A stretch of 64,000 bases of DNA from Nitrospinales bacterium (GCA_965223345.1 CBDCWG010000012.1:1376001-1440000), one strand, 5' to 3'. Shown: positions 47,815 through 58,267, numbered from the stretch's first letter. Program-made: numbers and translations. Notes: generated from the sequence alone by a model not told the origin.

Positions 47815-49127
47815 GATCTTTTTTCAAGAGAAGACGCCATTCCCTTTCCGCTCGCCTGGTGTTTTTGTTCGTGGTCATGGCCGTGCTGTTCCTGCTTCTG
47901 GTGGGCGGCTCGCTGCGCTTCGCCTTCCGCGAAAATTTCCAGGAGAACATCCGCCCGCACCTGTTCCGCTACATGGAATACATTCAAAAAGATCTGGGCA
48001 CGCCGCCCGAGATCGCCAAAGCCGAAAAGATCGTGGCAGGGCTGCCGGTGGAGATCCACATCTTCGGGCCGGAAGGGTCCTGGTCCTCGACCGGGGAGCC
48101 GCTGAGGCTGGACGACATCCACTACCACCGGCGCTTTCGCGAGAACGGTGTGGACTATGCGTTCGGGCGCTTCTCCGGGCGGGAATACCTCATCAACTGG
48201 CGACCGGACTACACGCTGGCTTTCTCGGTGCCGCATTCGGGCGGCGCCTGGCACTGGCGCAAGGCGTTTCCGCTGGCGATCCTGTTGGTCATGCTGGTGA
48301 TCCTGTATCACTACACGCGCCGCATCTTCGCGCCAATTCAGCAGATCCGCGCGGGCGTCGAACGGATCGGCGAGGGCGAGCTGGGGCACCGCATTCATCT
48401 GGAACGGCGCGACGAGCTGGGAGAACTTGCGGGCAGCATCAACGCGATGGCGGACGACATCCAGCAGATGCTGGAGGCCAAGCGGCAACTGCTGCTGGCG
48501 CTCAGCCACGAGCTGCGCAGCCCGCTGACGCGCGTGAAGCTGGCGGTGGAAATGCTCAAAGAGGACAAACCGCGGCAGGAGATCCACAAGGACATCGACG
48601 AGATCGATCAGCTGATCGCGGAGCTTCTGGAGACCGAGCGGCTGAGCACCCGCCACCGCGCGCTCAACAAAGCGCAGATCGATTGTGCGGCGCTGGTGCG
48701 CGAGACGGTTGCCGAGTGGTTCGTGGACACGCCGCTGACACTCGCATTGCCGGAGCGGGAGGTGTTCGTTGCGATCGACGCGACGCGGGTGCGGCTCCTG
48801 GTCAAGAATCTCGTGGACAATGCGCTCAGGCACAACCCGCAGGGCGCGCCGCCGCCGCGGGTGTCGCTGCAAGAAAAAGAAAACGAGATCGTGTTCGCGG
48901 TGCAGGATTTCGGCCCGGGCATTCATGAAAAACACCTGCCGTATCTCACCGAACCGTTTTACCGCGTCGATCCGGCGCGGCAGCGGCAGACCGGCGGCTA
49001 CGGACTCGGGTTGTACCTGTGCCGCGTCATCGCCGAAGCCCACGGCGGCCGGCTTAAACTCGCCAGCGAAAAGGACAAGGGAACGACGGTCACGGTGTCT
49101 TTGCCTTTGCAGGACAAAACCGAATGA
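47811..49127 (+). CDS. Membrane HAMP sensor histidine kinase
   Basis: Two TMs, HAMP, SHELRSPL, NLVDNA, DFGPG, GYGLGL. Confidence 0.94.
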   Translation: MRSFFKRRRHSLSARLVFLFVVMAVLFLLLVGGSLRFAFRENFQENIRPHLFRYMEYIQKDLGTPPEIAKAEKIVAGLPVEIHIFGPEGSWSSTGEPLRLDDIHYHRRFRENGVDYAFGRFSGREYLINWRPDYTLAFSVPHSGGAWHWRKAFPLAILLVMLVILYHYTRRIFAPIQQIRAGVERIGEGELGHRIHLERRDELGELAGSINAMADDIQQMLEAKRQLLLALSHELRSPLTRVKLAVEMLKEDKPRQEIHKDIDEIDQLIAELLETERLSTRHRALNKAQIDCAALVRETVAEWFVDTPLTLALPEREVFVAIDATRVRLLVKNLVDNALRHNPQGAPPPRVSLQEKENEIVFAVQDFGPGIHEKHLPYLTEPFYRVDPARQRQTGGYGLGLYLCRVIAEAHGGRLKLASEKDKGTTVTVSLPLQDKTE

Positions 49128-49843
49128 ATTTGTTCTTCTATAGGTGCCAATTTCTGATTCTGCTCACATTTGTTTTTTGGGTATCCGATGTGGCTCGCGC
49201 CGAGTCTGCTGTTGCCGAAACAGAAAGCATTTGTTACGGGACAACATCAAATGGCCGGCTCGAAAATGGCGTTCAACTTCCAAGTAATGGAAAGAATTTT
49301 GTATCTTATGGAAAGCTTGCAGAGTGGTTGGGCAGAACCTATGTCCATAGCAAGGTCCGAGATGTTGTGGTGGAGTCCTACCGAATTCTTGAAATCGAGC
49401 AGCCTGGGAAAGTTTTCAAGTATGGGGAAACAGGATTTCGTGAAGGGGGCGAATTCAAGCCCCACAAGACGCATCGCAATGGTTTGTCAATCGATTTCAT
49501 GGTTCCGGTTGTGAACTCAAAAGGAGAATCGGTTCACCTTCCAACGCATGCTTTGAACAAATATGGCTATGCGATCGAATTCGATGACCAAGGCCGTTTC
49601 GGCGAATACCGGATCGACTACGATGCGCTGGCAGCGCATATGGTAGCTCTCCACCGGGCGGCAATGGCGCAGGGAATCAAAATCTGGCGCATTTTATTCG
49701 ACCCTGGATTGCAGTCCTTCTTGTACGCTTCCAAATATGGCAAGGAAGTTCGAGAGTCTGTTTTTATCCCGAAAAAGCGATCCTGGGTGCGGCACGACGA
49801 ACACTATCATGTCGATTTCAAGCTGGAGTGCGAGCCATTGTAA
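49124..49843 (+). CDS. MepA-like murein endopeptidase
   Basis: YG..SNGRL.NG, HKTHRNGLSIDF, HDEHYHV metal ligands; signal peptide. Confidence 0.78.
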   Translation: MNLFFYRCQFLILLTFVFWVSDVARAESAVAETESICYGTTSNGRLENGVQLPSNGKNFVSYGKLAEWLGRTYVHSKVRDVVVESYRILEIEQPGKVFKYGETGFREGGEFKPHKTHRNGLSIDFMVPVVNSKGESVHLPTHALNKYGYAIEFDDQGRFGEYRIDYDALAAHMVALHRAAMAQGIKIWRILFDPGLQSFLYASKYGKEVRESVFIPKKRSWVRHDEHYHVDFKLECEPL

Positions 49844-49856
49844 AATAAGAGCACGC

Positions 49857-49899
49857 AAAAAAATTCCCCACGGAGTTTGGGTTCAACTCCGGGGGGAAT
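49857..49899 (-). terminator. Terminator of the dodecin gene
   Basis: ATTCCCCACGGAGTT...AACTCCGGGGGGAAT with an A run on the left. Confidence 0.7.
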
Positions 49900-49924
49900 G
49901 ACGGGGCGAGAACGGGATTCGTGC

Positions 49925-50137
49925 TCAGTCGTCTTTATATTTGAAAGACAAATGCACGCGGGCCCGGTAAGCGCTGACCTTGCCGTTTTCAACCTGCATG
50001 TCGAGTTTGACGATTTCGGCGATTCTCAAGTCATCCAGGCTCTTGGACGCGGTTTCCACCGCGTTTTTTGCAGCGTCTTCCCAGGATTTTGAGCTCGTTC
50101 CCACCAGTTCGATGATTTTGTACACGCTGTCGGACAT
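49925..50137 (-). CDS. Dodecin family protein
   Basis: VYKIIELVGTSSKSWEDAA..YRARVHLSFK. Confidence 0.92.
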   Translation of the reverse strand: MSDSVYKIIELVGTSSKSWEDAAKNAVETASKSLDDLRIAEIVKLDMQVENGKVSAYRARVHLSFKYKDD

Positions 50138-50326
50138 GATTCCCTCTTCGAGAAAAGTTGATGTGCAGGCGTTCTCCGGAACCTTTCAATCACCTGTTGC
50201 CTCTCACTCCGGTATCCGCGTTTCCTGATAAATAAGATAGATGGGAGCCGAATTAATTCCCCTTGCACTTTTTTTGTCGGGAATTTTGCGCTGTGGAGGC
50301 GGAATCGAATCAAAAAATGATTGCAT

Positions 50327-50366
50327 AAAAAAAATCCCCCCGGAGTGATACAAAACTCCGGGGGGA
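50327..50366 (-). terminator. Terminator of the beta-barrel gene
   Basis: A8-TCCCCCCGGAGT...ACTCCGGGGGGA. Confidence 0.75.
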
Positions 50367-50401
50367 GTGCTTCGAGAAAGAGGGCGTGACGGGTCGAGCG
50401 T

Positions 50402-51301
50402 TCAGAACGTGAGCACGAAATCGACGTTGGTGCGCCAGTCGAACAGGTCTTCCCGCTCGGTGATGGGGAACTCGTAACCCGCACCCATCTGGATGTGATC
50501 GGTGAAACGGTAGCGCGCGCCCACGCCGAAGGTCACGACGGTGCCGGAGTCGGTGCTGCCGAAATTGAACACATCGTTGCCTTCAAAATCGTCGATCCCG
50601 GTGCGTGTGCCGTCGTCGATGGTGGTCTGGCCGTTCAGCTCGAGTATCGGGAAAAAATTCCGGAACAGTTCGTAATCGACGTGTGCCGACCAGTGCCAGA
50701 AGGAGCTGTCGTTGTCGCCGTCGATGGCCAGATCCAGTCCGGTGCTGCCCTACACGCCGAGTTTGCCGAACCCCTGCGCACCGGTGACGAACAGGTCGAT
50801 CAAGCCGTCGCCGCTGCCCTGCAGCTGGATGCCGGCGGTGGACAGGGACCCCGTCGGCGCTTCGTACTCGACGCCCACGGTGAGGATCCTGTCATTCTTG
50901 GGATCGGAGATGAGCGCGTATTTGAAGCCGAATGAGATGTTGAGGAATCCGTCGGTGTCCGGCAGCACGCTGTCGAACTGCACGTCCGCGTAGCCGTCCT
51001 TGGTGGCGATGAAGCCGAGGCGTTCCGTCAGGGCCACGCGCAGCTCAAGGGCGAACAGGTTCACCTGGCCGCCTCCGGTCACAAACGAGTCCGGCACATT
51101 GTGGTGGATGAAAATCGGACGCGCCTCGGTGGTGATGTAGGGTGTTTCGTTGAAAATCGGGTTGGACAGCGGAGGCACGTAGCGCTGATGCTTTCCTTCC
51201 CCGAGGGAGCCGTGAAAATCGAAGTCAAAAGCCTGTGCGGGTTGGGTGAATAACAGAATGAAACTGAGTGCGCATACAGCGAGGGGAAATCGGGCCTTCA
51301 T
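50402..51301 (-). pseudogene. Outer-membrane beta-barrel-like gene interrupted by in-frame TAG at 50750-50752
   Basis: Signal peptide; frame continues past the TAG (GSTGLDLAID...) for 115 codons to ...NVDFVLTF-TGA. Confidence 0.8.
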
Positions 51302-51445
51302 CTCGGGTGCCTCCTTGTCAATGTCAGGGTGGATACATGCAGGAAGACACCTGAAGGTGGGTTTTATTCCCCTTTTGCCGCGAATAAACGGGATATCCTT
51401 GTGCCGAACGGCAAGCAGCGGCGGAGGCCGGGCGAGAAGAGAGGT

Positions 51446-53296
51446 TCAGTCCCGGGGCAGTTTGGGGCTGTTGGCGCCTGTGATGTTGCCCGTGTTTTCA
51501 GCGCCGTTTTGCTCCGGTGAAAAACTGATCACCGTGTCTCCGGGTTTGGGCGAGGCGTTGGATTCGGGGAAGTTGAAATCGACGGTGCCTTTTTCATGGA
51601 TGAGCATGATGGGTTCCAGTTTTCCCTCGTTGGTTTCGAGGAATTTTGCATAATCGAATTCCTTGGTGAGCCGGGTTTTTTTGAACCGCCAACCCCGGAA
51701 CCAGCGGCTGATCCAGTCCTCGTGCAGCAGATCCTTGTTGAACGCCACCCGGCCGCGCGAGGCGCTGCGCACCTCCTTGCTTTCTTCCTTCGATTCGTGC
51801 ACTTGCAGCTGATAGACTTTATCGCGGCCGAAGTGGCTGACAAACGCGTTGCACACCAGCGCGTTGTAGGCGTCGTTGCCGGTGGCCGCGAGCAGGTAGC
51901 CCAAGTCGGACAGTTCCAGGTAGGCTTCCCGGTTTTCCGACAGGATCTCGCCGTAGTGGATCGGCAGGCCTTCCAGGCGGGCGCCTTTCAGACTGTGCCA
52001 GGAACTGTCCACCAGCAGGACCGGCAGTCCGGAGTCGGACAGGATCCGCGCCAGTCCGATGCTCCAGGCGTTGGATCCCACGATCAGCACGCCTTCGCGG
52101 TGGCTCGTGGCCAGGCCCAGTTTGTTCGCCAGCCATTGAATGCTGAACCCGTGCAGGAGGACGGTGGCAAAAATCACGGAAAAGATCAGCGGGCTCAACA
52201 GGTGCGCGTCCGCATAGCCGCGCTCCGCCAGTTCCAGCCCGACGAATCCCGCGACGGAAGCGGCGACGATGCCCCGGGGCGCGATCCAGCCTATGAACAG
52301 TTTTTCCTGCCATTTCAGACCCGAGCCGAATGTGGCGATCCAGACCGCCGCCGGCCGGACAAAAAACAGAAAGCCGACCAGGAAGGCGACGCCGCGCCAG
52401 TCGAGATTCGCGATGGCCTTCAGGTCGGTGTCTGCGGTCAGGATGATGAACACCACCGAGACCAGGATGAGCGTGATGTGTTCCTTGAACTGCCTCAGCT
52501 CGTAGATGATGAGCATGTTGATGTTGCCCATGGTCATGCCCAAGACGGTCACCGCCAGCAGCCCGATCTCTTCCTGCATGAGGTTGGCCACGACGTACAC
52601 CGACAGCACGGTGGAAAACACGATGGGCAGTTTGAGAAACTCCGGAGCGTGCCCTTTTTCGAAAAGAAATTTCAAAAGGTAGCCCGCCGCGATGCCGAGC
52701 AGCACCGCAACGGCGATCGCGCCCGCCAGATGGAAAAAAGTCGCCTGTGTCAGCGGCAGGGTGCCGGTCAGCACCAGAAATTCAAAAACCAGGACGGCCA
52801 GCAGCACGCCGATGGGATCGTTGATGATGCCTTCCCATTTCAGAATGAGGGAGGTGCGGGCTTCCAGCTTGGTGCGCCGGATCAGCGGCAGGATGACGGT
52901 GGGACCGGTGACCACCAGTATGGCGGATGCGAGCAGGGAGACGGTGACCGAAAACCCGCCCACCCAGCGGCACACCAGGTAACCGAAACCGAACGACAGC
53001 GGCAGGCCCACCAGGATCAACTGCCACAAGGCGCGGCCCGCGCGTTTGAGTTCGTGGAACCTGAGGTTCAGCCCGGCTTCGAACAGGATGATGGCGACCG
53101 CCAGTTTGATGATGGCGGGCAGCAGGGTGCCGAAATCCTCACTGGGGTTGATCCAGTCGAGAAGCGGCCCCAGCACGATCCCCGTGATCGAGAAAAGGAT
53201 GATGGAGGGAAATTTCAGACGCCAGGAAACCCATTGGGAGAGAATCCCCAATATGATGATGAGGGCCACCTGATGGACGATGTTGATGGATTCCAT
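51446..53296 (-). CDS. CPA1/NhaP-type cation:proton antiporter with C-terminal RCK-like domain
   Basis: ILFEAG, TGPTVI, EGIINDPIG, APRGIVAAS; multiple TMs. Confidence 0.9.
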   Translation of the reverse strand: MESINIVHQVALIIILGILSQWVSWRLKFPSIILFSITGIVLGPLLDWINPSEDFGTLLPAIIKLAVAIILFEAGLNLRFHELKRAGRALWQLILVGLPLSFGFGYLVCRWVGGFSVTVSLLASAILVVTGPTVILPLIRRTKLEARTSLILKWEGIINDPIGVLLAVLVFEFLVLTGTLPLTQATFFHLAGAIAVAVLLGIAAGYLLKFLFEKGHAPEFLKLPIVFSTVLSVYVVANLMQEEIGLLAVTVLGMTMGNINMLIIYELRQFKEHITLILVSVVFIILTADTDLKAIANLDWRGVAFLVGFLFFVRPAAVWIATFGSGLKWQEKLFIGWIAPRGIVAASVAGFVGLELAERGYADAHLLSPLIFSVIFATVLLHGFSIQWLANKLGLATSHREGVLIVGSNAWSIGLARILSDSGLPVLLVDSSWHSLKGARLEGLPIHYGEILSENREAYLELSDLGYLLAATGNDAYNALVCNAFVSHFGRDKVYQLQVHESKEESKEVRSASRGRVAFNKDLLHEDWISRWFRGWRFKKTRLTKEFDYAKFLETNEGKLEPIMLIHEKGTVDFNFPESNASPKPGDTVISFSPEQNGAENTGNITGANSPKLPRD

Positions 53297-53521
53297 GTGG
53301 ATGCGATTTTCAGAATGGAATTGTCGATGCCGGAAGGACTCTTCACCACGATGAGGCCGGAGACATTATAACGTAGCTGGTTGCGATTGGGGGCGTCATC
53401 GTAAAAAAACGCTGTCGAGGAATTATCTTGCGGCATGAATTCAAAAATGGAAAAAAATAAGGCACAATGGAGTCTGGGCCACTTTTTTGGGTTTGGCTCG
53501 ATCCTGAAAGGAAACCGCCTT

Positions 53522-54670
53522 TTGATCGACCGCAAGGATATCGAAGAAACGGAAAAGACGGCGCTGGCGCCCTACGCGGTGCGCAGCGGCGCGAGCCGCG
53601 GCCGGCAGCATGCGGAACCGGAGCACCCCTACCGCACGCGTTTCCAGCGGGACCGGGACCGGGTGATCCACTGTTCGGCGTTTCGCAGGCTGGAATACAA
53701 GACCCAGGTGTTCGTCTACCACGAGGGCGATTATTACCGCACGCGCCTCACGCATTCGCTGGAAGTGGCGCAGATCGCCCGCTCGATCTGCAAATCCCTG
53801 CAGCTCAATGAGGACCTGGCGGAAGCGATCGCGCTGTCGCACGATCTGGGGCACCCGCCGTTCGGGCACACCGGGCAGAATGTGTTGAACAAGCTGATGC
53901 AGGATCACGGCGGCTTCGAGCACAACAAGCAGAGCCTGCGCATCGTGAAATTGCTGGAGAAACGTTACCCGGAGTTTGCAGGGCTCAACCTCACCTGGGA
54001 GGTGCTGGAGGGGATCAGCAAGCATTCCAAAGACGCGGAAAACCCCATCACGCAGCAGGACGGTTTCCGCTACCCCTCTTTGGAAGCGCAGGTGGCCGAT
54101 TTCGCCGACGGCATCGCCTACAACGCCCACGACATGGACGACGGCATCACCTCGGACCTGCTGGACCTGACGGAACTGAGGAAGGTGGCTTTGTGGACGG
54201 AGAACGAGGCCTGGCTGGATGAGAAATACACCAACCTCGATTTCAAGTTGAAGAAATATCAGATCGTGCGCCGCATCATCAACGATCTGATCACGGATTT
54301 TCGCGAATGCACGCTCAAAAATCTCAAGGCCCTGGACATCGGCAGCGCCGACGACATCCGCCGCGCTCCCGGACGGGTGGCGGGTTTCAGCCCGGAGACC
54401 GACGCCAAGAACAAAGAGCTCAAGCATTTTTTGTTCAAGAACATGTACACGCACCGCAAGGTCCGGCGCATGGAATTCAAAGCCAAACTGTATCTATCGG
54501 AAATATTTCAGGCGTACATCAAGATCCCGGAACTGCTGCCGGGAACGTTGTTGGACGGCAACGATGCGGTTCCGTTCGAGCGGCGGTTGTGCGATTACAT
54601 TTCCGGAATGACCGACCGGTACGCCATCCGGGAATACAAGCGTCTGTTCACGCCGGACGAGAAAGAGTGA
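53522..54670 (+). CDS. dgt: dGTP triphosphohydrolase
   Basis: FQRDRDR..FRRL..KTQVF, RTRLTHSLEVAQ, HDLGHPPFGH, FEHN, DYISGMTD; TTG start after AAAGGA. Confidence 0.94.
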   Translation: MIDRKDIEETEKTALAPYAVRSGASRGRQHAEPEHPYRTRFQRDRDRVIHCSAFRRLEYKTQVFVYHEGDYYRTRLTHSLEVAQIARSICKSLQLNEDLAEAIALSHDLGHPPFGHTGQNVLNKLMQDHGGFEHNKQSLRIVKLLEKRYPEFAGLNLTWEVLEGISKHSKDAENPITQQDGFRYPSLEAQVADFADGIAYNAHDMDDGITSDLLDLTELRKVALWTENEAWLDEKYTNLDFKLKKYQIVRRIINDLITDFRECTLKNLKALDIGSADDIRRAPGRVAGFSPETDAKNKELKHFLFKNMYTHRKVRRMEFKAKLYLSEIFQAYIKIPELLPGTLLDGNDAVPFERRLCDYISGMTDRYAIREYKRLFTPDEKE

Positions 54671-54787
54671 GGAAAAACTTCCCAGCCGGTTCCCACCGTC
54701 CCCTGGGGGGAATCGGGCTGGCGATTTTATTAGGAAAAGGGAAGGGCGGTTGTGTGTTCGCTTCCCAGGGTTTTTATCTCGGAATGT

Positions 54788-55000
54788 TCATTTCCTTTTG
54801 TATTCATCGGAAAAATCTGGAAATTCGACATCGAGAATGTCCCGGATCATGCGGGGCACCCGGCCCTTGGCGAGCTTGCCGATGTAGATGTCGTTGGTGG
54901 CTTCGTGGAAGCTTTTCCAGTGTTCCCGGCTCAATTCCTGCTTGGTGATCAGTTTTTTCAGTTTTCCGTCCGGGCCAAATATTCGAACCTCGTGAAGCAT
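54788..55000 (-). CDS. Small hypothetical protein (70 aa)
   Basis: Strong RBS GGGAGGTG; MLHEVRIFGPDGKLKK. Confidence 0.7.
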   Translation of the reverse strand: MLHEVRIFGPDGKLKKLITKQELSREHWKSFHEATNDIYIGKLAKGRVPRMIRDILDVEFPDFSDEYKRK

Positions 55001-55239
55001 AATGCACCTCCCCATTGGGTTGATCTCACTCGCCGCATTGCCGTTGGGCAGCAAGTATGTTGTTAATTAATATAATTTTGCCCCGCCGGATTCCTAAGGA
55101 GGGCCGTCACATATAATTGTGATGTAAATTACATTTACCGGAGGGGTTCGTGTAAGGAATGGCTGCGGATTTGGTGAGGATCGCAAGGGACGCCGCTTGG
55201 GCTGTTTGGGCTAAATTATCGATTTAAAAGGCTGAATTT

Positions 55240-55818
55240 ATGAAAACCGTACGAGCGATCTGTGTCTTCTGCGCTTCCAGCTCCCAGGTGGACCCGGTGT
55301 TTCTGGAAACCGCGACGGAGCTGGGGCGTCAGATGGGACGGCTGGGTGTGGAGTTGATTTACGGCGGCGCTTCGATCGGCCTGATGGGCTGTGTGGCGCG
55401 CGGCGTGCACGAGGAGGGCGGGCACGTGACCGGCGTGCTGCCGGCGTTTTTCAAGAAAAAGGACATCGAATATCGGGAGGCCGACCGGCTGATCGTCACG
55501 AAGGACATGCGCGAACGCAAGGCGGTGCTCGATGCGCGCGCCAACGGCTTCATCGTGCTGCCCGGCGGCATCGGCACGCTGGAGGAGGCGATGGAGATCC
55601 TCTCCATGCGGCAGCTCAAGCTGACGGACAAGCCGCTGGTGTTCGTCAACACGCAGGGGTTTTACGGCGGGTTGATCGCGCATTTGCAGGAGATCGTCGA
55701 ACTGCGCTTCGCCAAGCCCAACACGCTCGATCTGTTCGGCGTGGCCGCCGATCCCAAAGAAGCGCTCGACTATATTTTCAACTACGAGTCTTCCGGTCCT
55801 GCGCCGGACAAGGTGTGA
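55240..55818 (+). CDS. LOG family nucleotide phosphoribohydrolase
   Basis: CVFCASS, YGG..GLMG, M.ERK, PGGIGTLEE. Confidence 0.93.
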   Translation: MKTVRAICVFCASSSQVDPVFLETATELGRQMGRLGVELIYGGASIGLMGCVARGVHEEGGHVTGVLPAFFKKKDIEYREADRLIVTKDMRERKAVLDARANGFIVLPGGIGTLEEAMEILSMRQLKLTDKPLVFVNTQGFYGGLIAHLQEIVELRFAKPNTLDLFGVAADPKEALDYIFNYESSGPAPDKV

Positions 55819-55877
55819 GGGATGACGAACAGAGGGGAAGCGTGAAAATTAAAGTGGGGGCGTAAAGCCCGAACGGG

Positions 55878-56579
55878 CTAGTTGGCCTGTACGGTCAAAT
55901 CCGGGTGGATGGCTTCCTTGAGGAAGTTTTCGATGTAGTTGAGGGTTCCGGTGGTGGAGCTGGGGCAGCTGCCGCAGGCGCCCTGGTAGTGGATCTTGAC
56001 GACGTTGCCCTCGATGCCGAGAATGTCGAGCCCGCCGCCGTCGTTGGAGAGCGCTGGGCGGATCGCCACGTCCAGCAGCGCCTCGATCACTTTGGTCTTT
56101 TCCTCGTTGCTGCAGCTTGGGAAATCCTCTTTGCGGAACCCCTGCAGCACCGGCTCCAGATCGGTGGTCGCCTCTTTGGGCGCGTCTCCACTTTCGTAGA
56201 AACGCAGATACTGTTCCAGCGTCGCGCCGATTTTTTCGGTCACGGTGTGCCAGCCCACCACATTGGATTTCGTCACGGTGACGAAGTTTTCCTTGAGGAA
56301 CACGTTCTCGATGCCAAAGATGCCAAAAAGGGCTTCCGCCATGCTGTCGCCGATGGCTTCCTCGGCGGTGTTGAAGGATTTGGTGCCCGAGGCGATGACG
56401 GGGCCGTTCATGATGAACTGAAAGGCGTCGGGATTCGGGGTCGGCTGGATGCGCACCACTTTGAACGCACCGCTGCCCCCGGAAGCCGGGGCTTCCGTCT
56501 GTGCCGCCTGAGCGGGGCTTTCAGTGGACTCGGAATCTTTTCCGAACCACTTGCCGAATAGGGAGTCGATCCATCCCAT
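55878..56579 (-). CDS. NifU/Nfu-type Fe-S carrier protein
   Basis: QPTPNPDA (Nfu-N) and IRPAL..DGG..GACGSCPSS. Confidence 0.92.
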   Translation of the reverse strand: MGWIDSLFGKWFGKDSESTESPAQAAQTEAPASGGSGAFKVVRIQPTPNPDAFQFIMNGPVIASGTKSFNTAEEAIGDSMAEALFGIFGIENVFLKENFVTVTKSNVVGWHTVTEKIGATLEQYLRFYESGDAPKEATTDLEPVLQGFRKEDFPSCSNEEKTKVIEALLDVAIRPALSNDGGGLDILGIEGNVVKIHYQGACGSCPSSTTGTLNYIENFLKEAIHPDLTVQAN

Positions 56580-56660
56580 GCCGAGATTCCTTTAGAGGCG
56601 GAACGTGCCGCCGGTGAGCGGGAATGCGGTGTTTCCAACCCCTCCATTAGAGCAGATATT

Positions 56661-57191
56661 TCAGCCGATCTCAAGCGATTGCAGGGTTTTTGTGAAAACG
56701 GCGAGGCTGTCCGCGTCGAACAAAACGAAGCGCACGGTCCGGAGCCCGGTTTCCCCCTGCAGGTGGTCGGCGGCCGCCTGGAGCAGGATGCGGGCGGCCG
56801 GTTCGAGGGGAAAGCCGTAAACGCCGGTGGAGAGGGCGGGCAGGGCGATGGAGCGCAGTTTCAGCTCGTCCGCGCGTTTCAGGCTGTGGCTGAGCGCACC
56901 CCGCAGCTTGGTCTCTTCGTCGCCTTCGCCCCATTGCGGGCCGACGGCGTGGATGACATAGGCTGCAGGCAGATTGCCGCCGCGGGTCACCACCGCTTCG
57001 CCGACCGGGCAGTCGCCCAGGGCGTCGCATTCCTGCTGGATTTGCGGCCCGCCCTTTTTGCGGATCGCGCCGGCGACGCCGGCGCCCAGGATCAGCTGGG
57101 AATTGGCGGCGTTGACGATGGCGTCGGTCGTGCTTTCGGTGATGTCGCCCTGCAGCAGCTCGATCTCAGACTGGTTCACCCGGACTTTCAT
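56661..57191 (-). CDS. Macro domain protein (ADP-ribose hydrolase-like)
   Basis: GDIT..DAIVNAAN..GAGVAGAI..VIHAVGP..PALSTGVYGFP; ATGA overlap with dut. Confidence 0.93.
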   Translation of the reverse strand: MKVRVNQSEIELLQGDITESTTDAIVNAANSQLILGAGVAGAIRKKGGPQIQQECDALGDCPVGEAVVTRGGNLPAAYVIHAVGPQWGEGDEETKLRGALSHSLKRADELKLRSIALPALSTGVYGFPLEPAARILLQAAADHLQGETGLRTVRFVLFDADSLAVFTKTLQSLEIG

Positions 57192-57619
57192 TGTCCTGTA
57201 GAGCCGAAGCCGTTGTCCCCCCGGTCGGAATCCTCCAGGCTGTCCACCGGCACGAACTGCACGCGCTCCACCTTCTGCACCAGAAGCTGGGCGATGCGGT
57301 CTCCGGGCTGGACGCGGTGATCGGAGTCGGTGTGGTTGAACAACAGCACTTTCACCTCGCCGCGGTAGCCGGCGTCGATCACACCGGCGCCGCAATCGAG
57401 CCCTTGCTTCACGGCCAGGCCGCTGCGCGGCCAGACGAGCCCGACGCAGCCGGGAGGCAGTTTGATGCGGATTCCGGTGGCGACCAGTTTGCGGCCGCGC
57501 GCTGGAACGATTTCCTCCACGGCGGATCTCAGGTCCGCGCCCGCATCCCCCGGATGGGCGTACTGCGGCAGGGCGTCTCCGGAAACCTGACAAGCGAGGC
57601 GATTCGATTGGGTGAGCAT
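57188..57619 (-). CDS. dut: Trimeric dUTPase
   Basis: AGADL, RSGLA, GVIDAGYRGE, RIAQL, RGDNGFGSTG. Confidence 0.96.
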   Translation of the reverse strand: MLTQSNRLACQVSGDALPQYAHPGDAGADLRSAVEEIVPARGRKLVATGIRIKLPPGCVGLVWPRSGLAVKQGLDCGAGVIDAGYRGEVKVLLFNHTDSDHRVQPGDRIAQLLVQKVERVQFVPVDSLEDSDRGDNGFGSTGQ

Positions 57620-58267
57620 GGGCCGGTCCGATTTTTTGGGTTCAGGGGGTCACTATAATCCAGGCGCTGCGGGGAGGCAAGACGGAGGCGTGCGATGCGG
57701 CGGGGAGGGCGCGGCGGGCGGGAAAGCCCGCGCGGTGTGAAATATGAAACGCGTTTATGAAAGAATGCCTCGCCCGTTCCCGATCCAACGTGACTTCAAA
57801 AAACGGCACTTGGAAACAGACCCGTCCTTGACATGGGATTGGGCGTTGAATCTGGGGTCGCCGGATAGGACAGGCGAGGCATTAAAAATCGAGAAAGGAG
57901 GCGGGTTACTATTTTGGCAGGCCAGACCACCTGGGCCACGTCCTGCTCGAAAAAAGAGGATCCATTGTCTTTGTACGCCAATTGGTAGGGTTTCTCTTGC
58001 CGATACAACTGCAGGTTTCGGCTGGCGCTCGTTGCATATGGGGGTATGGGAAGGGGTTTGAGACTGGCGTACATCCCATTGGCAATCATCCTTTTCTTGA
58101 AAGAATTTTGGGGATGTGTCTCGTTCAAAATGGAAGCCTCTCTTCGTAGTAACCCGCCGCTGGAAGTTCTAAGCCGCGAAATGCTGACGGCGGTCCTGAA
58201 ATGGGTGAAAAAAATTATTAATATGCCGATAAAACCTAGATTTCATAACCTGTTAGGGCTGGTCGAA

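Noticed and set aside
50750..50752. Pyrrolysine or genome-wide TAG recoding
   Set aside because: TAG is an ordinary stop for other genes here (moeA, LRR gene, aminotransferase, nfu), and no pyl genes are in the window.
53522..57619. Anti-phage nucleotide-depletion island (dGTPase, LOG, macro, dUTPase)
   Set aside because: All look like housekeeping-type members with host codon usage and mixed orientation; no defence or mobility context.
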